Source: Synergistales bacterium
GTDB taxonomy: Bacteria > Synergistota > Synergistia > Synergistales > JAFGMB01
Direction: 5' to 3'
Length of the DNA: 64,000 bases
NCBI GenBank assembly: GCA_963666205.1
Contig: OY762654.1
Coordinates: 2,336,001 to 2,400,000, forward strand
The position numbers were made by a program, and so were the translations under genes. The stretch's first letter is position 1; each line of letters opens with the position of its first letter. This document shows, in pieces, positions 29,097 to 39,052 of this stretch. Below the pieces are notes generated by a model, which saw only the letters and a list, made by a program, of their open reading frames with translations, did no database searches and had not been told where the DNA came from.

Positions 29097-29582
29097 TCCA
29101 GCAATATGACTTTTCTTTTAAAGAAAGATTCTGCACAGTATAGAAATGATCCTGACTTCTTCAATCCAATGCTTTTAATGTTCTCTTTAACTCTTTCCTG
29201 ATCCTGAAACTGGTTTAATGAGACTCAGGACCTAAGCTGATGGGTATTTTTAGTTCTATAGACCCAGGGTGGATATGCCAATAGCCCTATACGTCACCTA
29301 GTCGACATAATATAATGACATTAATTCTATAATGAAATAATGTACAACTTTACACTGATAAATATTTGTATGTTTTGCTTATTCGTGGTGTAACTCTATT
29401 TTGCCTTTTAAATCCATTATCAGTTATTCCATATCCGATAAAAGAATTTTATGATAAAGGCTTTTTCCGCTTAAGACCCTGTATCGGAAGGAGGAGTGCA
29501 GTTGGTGAGAACTGATTCATTTTCCAGATAGCGAAGGAAATATTTCTCGTTTACTATTCAGAAAGAGTTGTTTTTGAGATCA

Positions 29583-29665
29583 AACGAAAAGGCAAAGCTG
29601 CCGAAAGGCGGTGACGCAAAGCCGCGGGTCTAAAGTTGAAAAACCATGACAGCCGGGCTGCCGAA
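29583..29665 (+). ncRNA. c-di-GMP-I (GEMM) riboswitch
   Basis: GGCAAA-GCTGCC-GAAA-GGCGGT-GACGCAAAGC-CGCGGGTCTAA...ATGACAGCCGGGCTGCCGAA matches the GEMM architecture; about 30 nt upstream of the ATG at 29695. Confidence 0.93.
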
Positions 29666-29694
29666 CCTATTGTAATGTAGGGGAGGTATTTACT

Positions 29695-31842
29695 ATGCGA
29701 ATTAAATCAGGTGTTGTAGCTATTGTAGCCCTTTGTTTGGTGTTTCTCTTCGCTTCCGCTTCAGTCGCGGAGATCCCTCCGGGATGGGAAAAGGTAGGAG
29801 ACGGAGGGCTTGTTGACGGCACTCCTGCCCCAGGTGGGCCTTACGACTCAAAACCTGCAAGGAACAATTCCTATGCGTGGTCCATGGGGACTCTCCAGTG
29901 TGAGGAAGATCTTTATCTTTACATTGGGGCTTATCGTAATTTCCCTCACGGTGCATTTCTTGGACCCATTTCTCCCTTCCCCATAGATTCTTCCCTCTTC
30001 GGGGAGAGCATTCCGCCTGAAGAGACCTGGGATCTTGGAACAGTGGAGATCATGCGCAAGAATATCACCGATGACGGGCCGTGGGAGATAGTGCCCCTGA
30101 CCCCTTATGTGGGTGCCGGAGACCTTTCCGGGAACCAGGGGTTCCGGAAAATGTACAGTTACAAGGATGTGCTTTATGCCGGGACCATGAACATGAAGTT
30201 GACATTCCAGGGTTGGGATGGGGTACCCAAGATCCTGGCAATAAGCAATTGTGAAGATGAACCTGTTGATGTAAGCCCGCCTGTTGTTTCTGCTGATCTT
30301 GAGGAGAACAAGGCTTACTCATACAGGGGAATGGTGGAGCATAATGAGATTTTCTATGTTGCCTATGAATATGGTGTTTTTTCCAGTATAGATCCTTCTT
30401 CGGGCTGGAGCCGACTTTCTGATAACGGAAGGATGGGTTATATCACAGACCTGGTCTCTTTCCAGGGTAGCCTGTGGGCAGTGACCAGTGATGGAGAGGA
30501 TGGATGGAGGCTTTTCAGATGGCATCCCACCCTGACCCCTTTCGGGAACCCTGTTCTCAACGGGTCATGGGAAGACATGACACCTTCATTAAAACAGGCT
30601 GTTCATGTTGGAGCAAATGGTTTTGTGTACGATGATCATCTTTATATAGCCACCCTGAACGGTGGATTCCCCCTCTATGATGTGGATCTTCTAAACGCGG
30701 ATGTGCAGACTCTCCTTGATAGAATGATAAAGGTTTTCTACCCATCCTACCTGTATCGTTTTGATGGAGAGAACTGGGAAACCGTAATGGGAAACGGGAT
30801 AGGTATAAAAGGGCCCGGTTTTGGCGTTCCTACCAACGTATATCTCTGGACGAACGGGATCCATGATGGGGATCTCTACATCTCCACCTTTGACTTGAGA
30901 TCTATGTTTTATGCCATTGACTGGGACAACATTGAACTCATCGAAACCGGAGACAACGTGATGGTGGATGCCCTGAAATCCCTGGTATCGGTCCACATAA
31001 TGGGACTTTGCCAGATGGCAGGTATTACACTTCCTCAAGCACCAACACTCTCTGAAATAGTGCATGCCTTCCTGAACCATGGATCACCTGTGGGTTTCGA
31101 CCTCTTCCGCTCCGAGGACGGGGTCAACTTTGAACCGGTTATGCAGGATGGTTTCGGGGATCCTATGCAGTATGGAGGACGCACCATGCTGACCACCCGG
31201 GAGAACTGCAAGGATATCCTCTGGCTCGGAACAGCCAATCCCGGAAATGGTTGCCAGGTATGGCGTTATGAGAAGGTCCCCCTTGCGACTGAGACTGAAG
31301 GGTTCTTCCCCGATCCTGATGGCATCAGATATTCGGTCAGAGTAACTCCCTGCAGCGAGGAGAACAATGGAGAAGTAAGCGGGGATATCCGGGAAACCCT
31401 TGTGGATGTTGCTTCACTGCTGTCTGGTGTTGCCACTGAGGATGACAGTGTCTTCTTCGAGCTGGAACTTGTCGCCTCTGATGATATCTGCTCCGTTGAG
31501 TTATGTGTATATCTGGATGAGGCTGAAAATGAGTGGCTTCCTGAAACCCAGCCAAACCTGTGGTGGTTCGATGGTGTGGAGTGGAATGAACTGGATGTTA
31601 TATGGACCGACCTTGGAGAGGGTCAGTGGAAGGCATGTGCAGAACTTCCAGGTGAAAGCTGGGGGAGCGTATTTGCAGCAGCTCTTGATCCATCAATCTT
31701 TGAGGCTGATGTTCCCTCTGGCGAAGAGCCGGGTGGAAGTACTGGCGGAGGCTCAGGGTGTAATGTAGGCAGTGTCCTCCCTGGCATGTTACTGGTTGTT
31801 ATGCCTCTTATAGTTCTCTTTTCGAGAAAAAATATCAAGTAA
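29695..31842 (+). CDS. Cell-surface protein with SYNERG-CTERM sorting signal, probable beta-propeller
   Basis: Signal peptide; repeated NSYAWSM / N.Y.W / G.R.M...LY.GT blade-like units; C-terminal GGGSGCN plus TM helix plus RK. Confidence 0.85.
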   Translation: MRIKSGVVAIVALCLVFLFASASVAEIPPGWEKVGDGGLVDGTPAPGGPYDSKPARNNSYAWSMGTLQCEEDLYLYIGAYRNFPHGAFLGPISPFPIDSSLFGESIPPEETWDLGTVEIMRKNITDDGPWEIVPLTPYVGAGDLSGNQGFRKMYSYKDVLYAGTMNMKLTFQGWDGVPKILAISNCEDEPVDVSPPVVSADLEENKAYSYRGMVEHNEIFYVAYEYGVFSSIDPSSGWSRLSDNGRMGYITDLVSFQGSLWAVTSDGEDGWRLFRWHPTLTPFGNPVLNGSWEDMTPSLKQAVHVGANGFVYDDHLYIATLNGGFPLYDVDLLNADVQTLLDRMIKVFYPSYLYRFDGENWETVMGNGIGIKGPGFGVPTNVYLWTNGIHDGDLYISTFDLRSMFYAIDWDNIELIETGDNVMVDALKSLVSVHIMGLCQMAGITLPQAPTLSEIVHAFLNHGSPVGFDLFRSEDGVNFEPVMQDGFGDPMQYGGRTMLTTRENCKDILWLGTANPGNGCQVWRYEKVPLATETEGFFPDPDGIRYSVRVTPCSEENNGEVSGDIRETLVDVASLLSGVATEDDSVFFELELVASDDICSVELCVYLDEAENEWLPETQPNLWWFDGVEWNELDVIWTDLGEGQWKACAELPGESWGSVFAAALDPSIFEADVPSGEEPGGSTGGGSGCNVGSVLPGMLLVVMPLIVLFSRKNIK

Positions 31843-31863
31843 TAAAACAGGAAGCTGATTAAC

Positions 31864-31901
31864 GCGGGGCTCCTCCAAAAGGGGAGCCCCGCTCTTTGTT
31901 T
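31864..31901 (+). terminator. Rho-independent terminator
   Basis: GCGGGGCTCC...GGAGCCCCGC followed by TCTTTGTTT. Confidence 0.8.
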
Positions 31902-31956
31902 AGTTTCCAGGCGAAGATGAATATTTATTCTATCTGATAATTAATAAATCTGGTTC

Positions 31957-33201
31957 CTACTTATAGTGTATATGAAGTATCCTCTCGGGGATCGAAGGAT
32001 GAGAGGAAAACCAGAGAGAGTAAAGGTAGCTTGGAGGTATCCAGGCCATGTCGTTGGTTGCCAGGTTTGACAGAGCCATGGTGAAATGATCCGGGCTTGT
32101 CTGTTGTGATGCAAATTTATCAGCTCTGAATTCGAGTTTTCTTGAAATAAAGCTGTCTATGGGTGATAAGACCATGCTCATTATACCGGAAAGGATAAAA
32201 AGGATTATAACAAGTCTGGGCAATGTCATGCCGGTTATTCCAAACACGGTTTGAGTAACGGGCGAATTCCACATGTACCATAAAAGGGCGAAGAGAAGTG
32301 CCTGTTCAAGTATACCGAAAGCAAGTGAAATCAGAACATGTCTTTCTTTCCAGTGTCCCATTTCATGGGCCAGAACTGATAAAGTTTCATCAACTTCCAT
32401 TTTTTCGATCAGGGTATCAAAAAGAATGATCTTGCAAGATCTCCCAAACCCTGCAACCATGGCGTTGGAGTGGGAAGATCTTTTACTCTGATCTGCAGTA
32501 AATATACCTTTTACCGGCAGTCCCGTTTTGTCTATCAGTCTCTGTACCTTTTCCAGGAGGTCTGCTTTTTCAAGGGGGGTTATTTTGTAGAAAAGTGGCA
32601 TTATCAGAATTGGAAACAGAAAAGATAAGATGAGGCTGAAAGAAACAACACATAAAAATATAAGAGGGATACCGTATTCCAGTCCGGATAGATAATTTAC
32701 AGAGCCTGTCATAATGGGTAGTATTGCTAGAGAAAGAAGTAGTGAAACGAGATTGTCCTTGATGAAAACAGGAAGGGTTTTCCTGTTGAAACCGTACTTT
32801 TCTTCCAGAACGAAGGAATGGTAAAAGGAAAAGGGTATCCTGTAAAGGAACAGGCAAAGTGCCAGTATTGCGGCAAAGGTAAAGCCGGTCCAGAAAGGTT
32901 CAGGGAATCTTGTATTGAGAAAGATCATGATCTTTGAAAAAAGACCTGCCCTGAAGATGATAACAGTTGCTATATATCCACTGATGCTGGATAAAACCCC
33001 GAATGTTCTGTTAGCTTTTCTATAGTCAAGTTCCCTTTTCCAGTCATATTTGAGTGGAGCATATGGCTTTATATCGGGAATCACTTTTTGGAAAACTGTC
33101 CTTTCATACAGAGCTTCATGAAGAGAGAAAAAAAGATCTACAGCAATATTAACAGTTAAAATTGTATAAAAAAGTATCTCCATCGTCATAATAAACTTCA
33201 T
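31957..33201 (-). CDS. M48 (Ste24-like) zinc metallopeptidase
   Basis: EEKYGFN, HSNA, AHEMGH, EFRAD and SHP motifs; several TM helices. Confidence 0.93.
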   Translation of the reverse strand: MKFIMTMEILFYTILTVNIAVDLFFSLHEALYERTVFQKVIPDIKPYAPLKYDWKRELDYRKANRTFGVLSSISGYIATVIIFRAGLFSKIMIFLNTRFPEPFWTGFTFAAILALCLFLYRIPFSFYHSFVLEEKYGFNRKTLPVFIKDNLVSLLLSLAILPIMTGSVNYLSGLEYGIPLIFLCVVSFSLILSFLFPILIMPLFYKITPLEKADLLEKVQRLIDKTGLPVKGIFTADQSKRSSHSNAMVAGFGRSCKIILFDTLIEKMEVDETLSVLAHEMGHWKERHVLISLAFGILEQALLFALLWYMWNSPVTQTVFGITGMTLPRLVIILFILSGIMSMVLSPIDSFISRKLEFRADKFASQQTSPDHFTMALSNLATNDMAWIPPSYLYSLWFSSHPSIPERILHIHYK

Positions 33202-33273
33202 TTCCTTTCCTCAAGTGGATTCTATTTTACACAAGATCGGTTTTATTAACATCCTGTTCAGGGAAATACTTAT

Positions 33274-33931
33274 TGCCGGGAAGGTTATGAGATAAACCAC
33301 TGGAAGATTTATAGACTGTACTGTATAGACTGTACTGTAAGGAGGGCCTCCGGGTAAGGAAGAGAAAGAAGAAAGGTTTGGCAAGACCCAGGTTATCAGT
33401 ACCAAGGGTTCCGGATAAAGCCAATCAGAGAGGGTCCATGGACTTCGTCTAAGATATAACAGCTCTGGTGAACAGGATAAGGAACTGTAATAGATACCTT
33501 TAAGAAAGAGTGTCTTGCTGTCAGCGGGCATATCCATAAAAGGGAGCCGTGTCCCCTGGGTATTGGACAGGATAGGCATTGCAAGGGGTTGCCTTGAGTA
33601 GATCCTTCAGACAATTGACTGGAATTCACAGGCAAAGCAATGGATGTAAGGGATTGTATCAAAGGAATAACTAACAGGTTCATAGAGGTGGGGAAACCGT
33701 CTCAGGACGGATATGTAGAGAGTTCCAACAGCAAGATACCTGATGAATGTCTGAACCGGGCACCCTTTTCTGAATCTCAAAGACGCGAGGAAAATCATTG
33801 ACGAATGGCAGAGAATCTAAAATGAAGAAGATTCTCGCCGCTCTTTGGATATCCCGGCCCCGTGAGAATTCGCAAAGAAGAAAGAGAAAAAAGAAGACCT
33901 CTTTACTTAAACAATAATATGGACAGGCTCA
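33274..33931 (+). mobile_element. Degenerate IS3-family element (OrfB integrase-core pseudogene)
   Basis: Broken frames give REGYEINHWKIYRLY, NQRGSMDFV*D, ECLA, SDN*LEFTGKAMD, GKPSQDGYVESSN...DECLN and DARKIIDEW; several stops and frameshifts. Confidence 0.88.
33310..33337 (+). repeat. 14-bp tandem duplication inside the IS remnant
   Basis: TATAGACTGTACTG occurs twice in tandem. Confidence 0.9.
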
Positions 33932-34144
33932 TAGGTGATGATATTCAACCACTTCAATGTTCTTGTTTTCACATAATGATCTGATATTATCCTCATCATG
34001 ACAATCGTAGCTGCAGGCAAGGCCACAGCTGGCTGAAAGCTGGCGTGGTACCGGAACGACCTTGACGTCCAGGCTTGCTTTCCTGCAGGCCCTTTCAAAC
34101 ATAATTGCCATGCTCGTAACGTTAAAGGTAGCTATACACTTCAT
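33929..34144 (-). CDS. DUF3343 putative Se/S-carrier-like protein
   Basis: TF....A..FE and PVPRQLSASCGLA motifs. Confidence 0.85.
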   Translation of the reverse strand: MKCIATFNVTSMAIMFERACRKASLDVKVVPVPRQLSASCGLACSYDCHDEDNIRSLCENKNIEVVEYHHL

Positions 34145-34256
34145 TCTTTTTCAAGACCTCGCTTTCCCGAAAGTCTGTCTCCCATCCTTATCATATCCGC
34201 AGGCATCTGCTGTTTCATTCAATCCGGTATTTCAGATAGTCAGAAAATATCGTGTT

Positions 34257-36122
34257 TCAGCGCAGGAGAAAAGAAAGCTCCGAAAATATCCGTTTAGCCC
34301 TTTCCAGGACTCCTTCCCTTATTGTCTCTAGAGAGATGTAGTAGCCCTTAGGGAACAGTGCTTCCCAATTGTTCCCTGTGTTATCTTCTCCACACAACGG
34401 GTCTGAAAAGCTGTATTCTTCTATTTCGGAGGCTATCTGTTGATTATATGTTTCTATAAGCTGGTGCAAAGAGGCAATAGTCTGATCGATATCGTTTTCT
34501 ATTTCGGGAAAAAGGAAATTATTATCACTGAAAAACTCCTGACTGAGCCAGTTTACTGCAGTCCTCATGCCCAGCAGGTCCAGAGTCATGTTTTCTGCCA
34601 TTGATCGTATTTCCGACAGTCTTTTCCTTACAGGTTCAGTGTCCGTTATGTAGGCAGCGGAATAATGACCTTCTCCGGCATTCTGGTCACTATCTGTAGA
34701 GTAAGATTGTTTCTTGTGCATTTCCCACTTGTTCACAAGATCCATATTGCAATATCTGATTCTATTCTGCCTGTCGATTTCTTCTCGGGAAGATTCATAG
34801 ACCTGACCGAGAATCTCCTCGATGTCTATGGTATGTACCCGTATATTCCCTATTGACGCAATTCCTTCCGGATTTTCATTTTCTTCGTCTATGACCCATC
34901 GGTTCCATGAATTTATCTTGAAGCCTTCTTTGTGCTTAAATGTTCCCTTCCAGTGTCGCCTCTCAAGGGCTAGATACTTTTCAAGGGGTATGTGTTCCCG
35001 TCCCCTTATGATACATGATTTCCATGGATATCTTTCAAGGTCTTCCTTCGCCTGGGCTAAGGCCTTCTGGAAAATGGCCTGATTACTTTTCAAATCCTCC
35101 GTGATATTTTCGATACTGTTTCCAGTTCTTTCAGAAATTACTAGCGGCAATGCGAAGGGATGAATTCCTTCGGACGATGAGAATACAAAATTATCTTCAG
35201 AAAGGATTCCTGATGCTTCAAGATAGAGAGCCATTTGATGATCTATCCATTCACCGTCAATGACTGGAACGGTCCGAAGGAAGGGTATTGTGTTTTCAGA
35301 TAAAAGCAGGGCTTTTCCCTCTTCGATCTCTCCTTCCTGTGTGTAAAGCCTGAGTTCTTCTTTTATTTCATCCATAAGCTTTGTAAAAAGAGCATCTGAT
35401 ACGTCGGTCAATCCGTAGGAAAAATCTCTGGATTCGAGAAAAGAATGGAGGTCCTTATCGTTTTTAAAAAAAGAGCTGATACTTTCCATCTTATCGGGAC
35501 TATCATTGTCCATTATCTTCGCAAATCTTTTCCTGACTGGTTCGGGGTTTCCAGAATATGGGAGAGTTCGGTTCCCTTCATTTTCGAAATGTTCTTTTAC
35601 CCACTTATTAAAATAATTCGAGTCTTCCCAGCAGGCTATAATTTCCCGGGAGAGGTATTCATGAAGTTCTCTGTCGATCCGTTCAACAGGATAAGGAAAA
35701 ACTGCTTCATTTTCTTTTATTCTTTCCATATCAAGAGAAGCCTGGCAGGATACAAAATGCAGGTTTATTCTTTCGGCAAGAAGGGACAGTTCCAGATATC
35801 TCTCTCTGCTTTTTTCAAGGATCATCTGATTGGTATTAAGAGCCATTCTCCCGAGTTCCAGGCAAACAGGTTTAAGATCCGTCAGCTGTCTTTTTACAAA
35901 ACCCTTTTTTTTCCCTTGTCCTGTTTCCTTTAAAGAGGCGATAAGGTTTTCGGTCAGCACATTTTCCGGCGATAGCAATGGGCCACCCAGACTGATCTTT
36001 TCAAGATAATCTACAAAACTTCCTTCCTCTTTTTCTTTTTTAAGCCAATTCATAACAGTATCTAAGACTACATCAGGTATCTTTTTACCATGCTGTGATT
36101 CCGGCTCAGAATAGCTCCCCAT
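34257..36122 (-). CDS. Hypothetical protein, 621 aa, acidic
   Basis: Long ORF starting 15 nt after larC, with RBS AGGTG; no motif recognised. Confidence 0.7.
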   Translation of the reverse strand: MGSYSEPESQHGKKIPDVVLDTVMNWLKKEKEEGSFVDYLEKISLGGPLLSPENVLTENLIASLKETGQGKKKGFVKRQLTDLKPVCLELGRMALNTNQMILEKSRERYLELSLLAERINLHFVSCQASLDMERIKENEAVFPYPVERIDRELHEYLSREIIACWEDSNYFNKWVKEHFENEGNRTLPYSGNPEPVRKRFAKIMDNDSPDKMESISSFFKNDKDLHSFLESRDFSYGLTDVSDALFTKLMDEIKEELRLYTQEGEIEEGKALLLSENTIPFLRTVPVIDGEWIDHQMALYLEASGILSEDNFVFSSSEGIHPFALPLVISERTGNSIENITEDLKSNQAIFQKALAQAKEDLERYPWKSCIIRGREHIPLEKYLALERRHWKGTFKHKEGFKINSWNRWVIDEENENPEGIASIGNIRVHTIDIEEILGQVYESSREEIDRQNRIRYCNMDLVNKWEMHKKQSYSTDSDQNAGEGHYSAAYITDTEPVRKRLSEIRSMAENMTLDLLGMRTAVNWLSQEFFSDNNFLFPEIENDIDQTIASLHQLIETYNQQIASEIEEYSFSDPLCGEDNTGNNWEALFPKGYYISLETIREGVLERAKRIFSELSFLLR

Positions 36123-36137
36123 ATAGGTACACCTGCC

Positions 36138-37325
36138 TTATTTACTTGTAATCTCTCTCATGAGCAATTCCCTAAGCTGTATAACAGGGATATTTTTTTC
36201 AGAGGAAATTTTTTTCAGATCTTCATATTCAATTGAAGTTTTTATCAGTTCTTCTCCAAGCCAGCCTTCCTTTATATGGCATTTCCCGAAAGAAGTGTCT
36301 ATTTCCTTTATAATGTGATTAAGTCTGATCTTGTCAACCGGGTATGTCCTTATGCCCAGAGTAGATGTTGACCTGAGGATTATTTCACCCATTCTATTGA
36401 GATCTCCAGGGGAGCACAGACATGATAGAGTATTGGCAGGTCTGCTTTTTTTCATAATAATCGGGGATAGCCAGACGTCCATTGCACCCTCGGAAAACAG
36501 TTCTTCCATTACAGTTTCGTAGACTTGGGGATTCATATCATCTATGTTAGTTTCTAGAACTACTCCCTTTTCCTCTCCGAATCTGTTCGCGAGCCCTTCT
36601 TTGCAGCTGGAATCTTCTTCGATGCTGAATATTCTCAGGATATTCGGTATATCAGTATCCCTTGTTCCAATGCCTGTGCCGCATTTCAGTATCTTGCCTG
36701 ATGGAATCTGCCCGAAGGCATCAGCCAGACAGGAAGCCAGCAAAGCTCCTGTAGGAGTGGTCCTTTCCGCCGGTTCTCCCATTGAATAAACCGGTTTCCC
36801 TCTCAGTAGTTCTGCGGTGGCTGGAGCCGGAACGGGCATTATGCCATGGGCACATTTAACTGTCCCCGATCCTACATTCAGGGAAGAGAATACTATTCTT
36901 TCAGGTGCGGCCATATGGACAAGGATGAAGGCACCCACTATATCGATGATGGAATCCATAGCTCCGACTTCGTGAAAATGGATTTCTTCAGGGAGTTTCC
37001 CGTGTACCTTGCCCTCTGCTTCTGCAAGTAGTCTGAAGGCTCTTTTACTCTGTTCTCTGATAGAGGTTTCCAGGGTGCTTTTATCTATTATCCTGCAGAT
37101 ATCCTTTAATCCTCTGTGAGGATGATCCTCAGAACATTTGACATCTACTTTTGTTCCGCTTATATGTTTTTTTTCAGACTTCCTTATATCAACTTCATAT
37201 CCATGAAGTGAAAGTTTTCCCAGCTTCTCTAGAAATAATTCCCTGTCCAGTCCAAGATCCAGCATGGATCCCAGAAACATGTCTCCGCTTATCCCAGCGA
37301 AGCAGTCAATGTATAACGTCTTCAT
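36138..37325 (-). CDS. larC: Nickel-pincer cofactor nickel insertase LarC
   Basis: GISGDM, HFHEVGAMDSI, CAHG..PVPAPAT, LETNIDDM, MKKSRP and EYED; single unsplit ORF. Confidence 0.95.
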   Translation of the reverse strand: MKTLYIDCFAGISGDMFLGSMLDLGLDRELFLEKLGKLSLHGYEVDIRKSEKKHISGTKVDVKCSEDHPHRGLKDICRIIDKSTLETSIREQSKRAFRLLAEAEGKVHGKLPEEIHFHEVGAMDSIIDIVGAFILVHMAAPERIVFSSLNVGSGTVKCAHGIMPVPAPATAELLRGKPVYSMGEPAERTTPTGALLASCLADAFGQIPSGKILKCGTGIGTRDTDIPNILRIFSIEEDSSCKEGLANRFGEEKGVVLETNIDDMNPQVYETVMEELFSEGAMDVWLSPIIMKKSRPANTLSCLCSPGDLNRMGEIILRSTSTLGIRTYPVDKIRLNHIIKEIDTSFGKCHIKEGWLGEELIKTSIEYEDLKKISSEKNIPVIQLRELLMREITSK

Positions 37326-38173
37326 TTCCTACCTCCATTATTGTTCAAGTTGTTACTCCCGAACCAGCTTCTGCCGCTTGAATATCCCTCCAGATCAATT
37401 ACTATCCTTGAAAAGCCATTTCCCTTCAGAAGAGATATCAGGATCTCTTTTTTTTCAATAGCTTGTGCAATGTTTTTTTCAGGTACTTCAATGCAGGCCA
37501 GATCCTTGTATACCCTTATTCTTACCTGGGGAAGGCCATTTTCCCGGATCATATCTTCCATGATCCCCACCATCTGAAGTTTTTCTTCTTTCAGTTTTTC
37601 GAAGGGAGGGAAACGTGTAGCCAGACATGCTGTAGCCTCTTCCTTCCACCATTCTATTTTCATTTCTGCTGCGAGTTCCCTTACCTTTTTCTTATTCATA
37701 CCGGCCTCTGCCAGGGGAGAACAGATCCGGGGATATTTCTTAAGAAGCTTCGTGCCCAGTCTTGTCGGATCTCCGAGATCGTCAAGGTTTGACCCTTCAT
37801 AAATTTTCTCAAGTGAATGTTCATTGGCATAGCGTAGCAGATCCTTTATACGTGCTTCCTTGCAGAGGGCACACCTCTCCGGATGGTTAAAAACTACCCC
37901 TTCAAGAGAAAGTTCCGGACCTTTAATGATAACATGTCGTACTCCGAGCTGATTAGTGAATTCAACTGTACGGTCCATTTCTTTTTTAAAATGAAGCCAT
38001 GACGAGAACGTAAGTGCATGGACCTTTGCCGGGTCTATCAGATGAGAAATCACTGCTAGAACCACAGCACTGTCTATTCCTCCTGAAAAGGAAACGACAC
38101 AGGATTCTGTGGAACAAAGTTGGTCCATCACTTCTGGAGAAAACCATTTTTTAAGATCAGGATAGTTTTTCAT
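37322..38173 (-). CDS. larE: ATP-dependent sulfur transferase LarE
   Basis: PP-loop SFSGGIDS, RCALCK, EGSNLDD, ACLATRFP and DLEGY. Confidence 0.9.
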   Translation of the reverse strand: MKNYPDLKKWFSPEVMDQLCSTESCVVSFSGGIDSAVVLAVISHLIDPAKVHALTFSSWLHFKKEMDRTVEFTNQLGVRHVIIKGPELSLEGVVFNHPERCALCKEARIKDLLRYANEHSLEKIYEGSNLDDLGDPTRLGTKLLKKYPRICSPLAEAGMNKKKVRELAAEMKIEWWKEEATACLATRFPPFEKLKEEKLQMVGIMEDMIRENGLPQVRIRVYKDLACIEVPEKNIAQAIEKKEILISLLKGNGFSRIVIDLEGYSSGRSWFGSNNLNNNGGRK

Positions 38174-38924
38174 GAAAAGACTGCCTGACTATCATGGCTC
38201 CGCTATAGCCTGCGCCGAGTCCGTTGTTTATATTGACCACTGTGACCCCTGTAGCGCATGAATTGAGCATAGTCAGAAGAGGTGCTATGCCATTAAGGTT
38301 CATTCCGTAGCCCACGTTTGTTGGCACACCTATTACCGGACAGGAAACAAGTCCTCCTATTACGCCAGGCAGAGCCCCTTCCATACCGGCAACTGCCACT
38401 ATAGCTTTGGCTTTCTGCAGGGTTTCTATATGGGCGAGCAACCTGTGGACTCCTGCAACTCCAACATCATACATTCTTGTAACACTGCATCCCATATGTT
38501 CTGCAGTAACGGCAGCTTCTTCTGCAACGGGGACGTCACTGCTTCCACCTGTAGCGATAACAAGTCCGCTAAAGGTCCCTGTATCTGTTTTTTTGATTCC
38601 AGCCATTGCTGCTTTAGGATAAAAGATTAATTCTGGAATATCTTTGAGGATAAGCCTGTACTGCCTTTCATCTATCCTTGAGAAAAGAAGGTTTTCCCTG
38701 TTATTCCGGACTGCCTTTGCGATCTTTTCAAGTTGTTCATCGCTTTTTCCCGGACAGTAGACGATCTCAGCAAAGCCCTGTCTGATGGAGCGGTGTGTAT
38801 CGAGCTTGATCTCGCCAAGGTCCTTGAATGGAAAACTTTTAATGGTCGATAAAAAACAGGAAGTGTCTACTTCACCTTTTTTGAGTTTTTCAATAAGGGA
38901 TATCAGTTCTTTTTCATTCATCAC
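38157..38924 (-). CDS. larB: Nickel-pincer cofactor carboxylase LarB
   Basis: D..R..RQG..E..Y..GK, DVGVAGVHR, AGMEGAL, PTNVGYG and MLNSCA. Confidence 0.95.
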   Translation of the reverse strand: MMNEKELISLIEKLKKGEVDTSCFLSTIKSFPFKDLGEIKLDTHRSIRQGFAEIVYCPGKSDEQLEKIAKAVRNNRENLLFSRIDERQYRLILKDIPELIFYPKAAMAGIKKTDTGTFSGLVIATGGSSDVPVAEEAAVTAEHMGCSVTRMYDVGVAGVHRLLAHIETLQKAKAIVAVAGMEGALPGVIGGLVSCPVIGVPTNVGYGMNLNGIAPLLTMLNSCATGVTVVNINNGLGAGYSGAMIVRQSFHEKLS

Positions 38925-39000
38925 AGAAGTCAATCTCCTCTTCCAGAGAGTTTCTCTATCATAATTATTACAGAAATTCGAGTGGTTGCAAAATAAGGAA

Positions 39001-39030
39001 AGACTGGTTTCATCAGGGTGAAACCAGTCT
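39001..39030 (-). terminator. Terminator-like hairpin
   Basis: AGACTGGTTTCA...TGAAACCAGTCT. Confidence 0.6.
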
Positions 39031-39052
39031 CAAATTACTTGTATAGGGGATT

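Noticed and set aside
29490-29531. AGGAGG followed by a 9-codon ORF (MVRTDSFSR) upstream of the riboswitch
   Set aside because: Too short to support without conservation data.
33211-33798. Minus-strand ORFs 33211..33579, 33396..33683 and 33607..33798
   Set aside because: Shadows of the plus-strand IS3 pseudogene.
33880-33931. Sec read-through of the DUF3343 TGA (giving U-ACPYYC...)
   Set aside because: No GU-loop hairpin at SECIS distance, the domain is already complete, and the downstream sequence is IS-derived.
34145-34259. Read-through or frameshift extension of the 621-aa ORF
   Set aside because: All frames stop again within about 15 codons and there is no SECIS-like hairpin.
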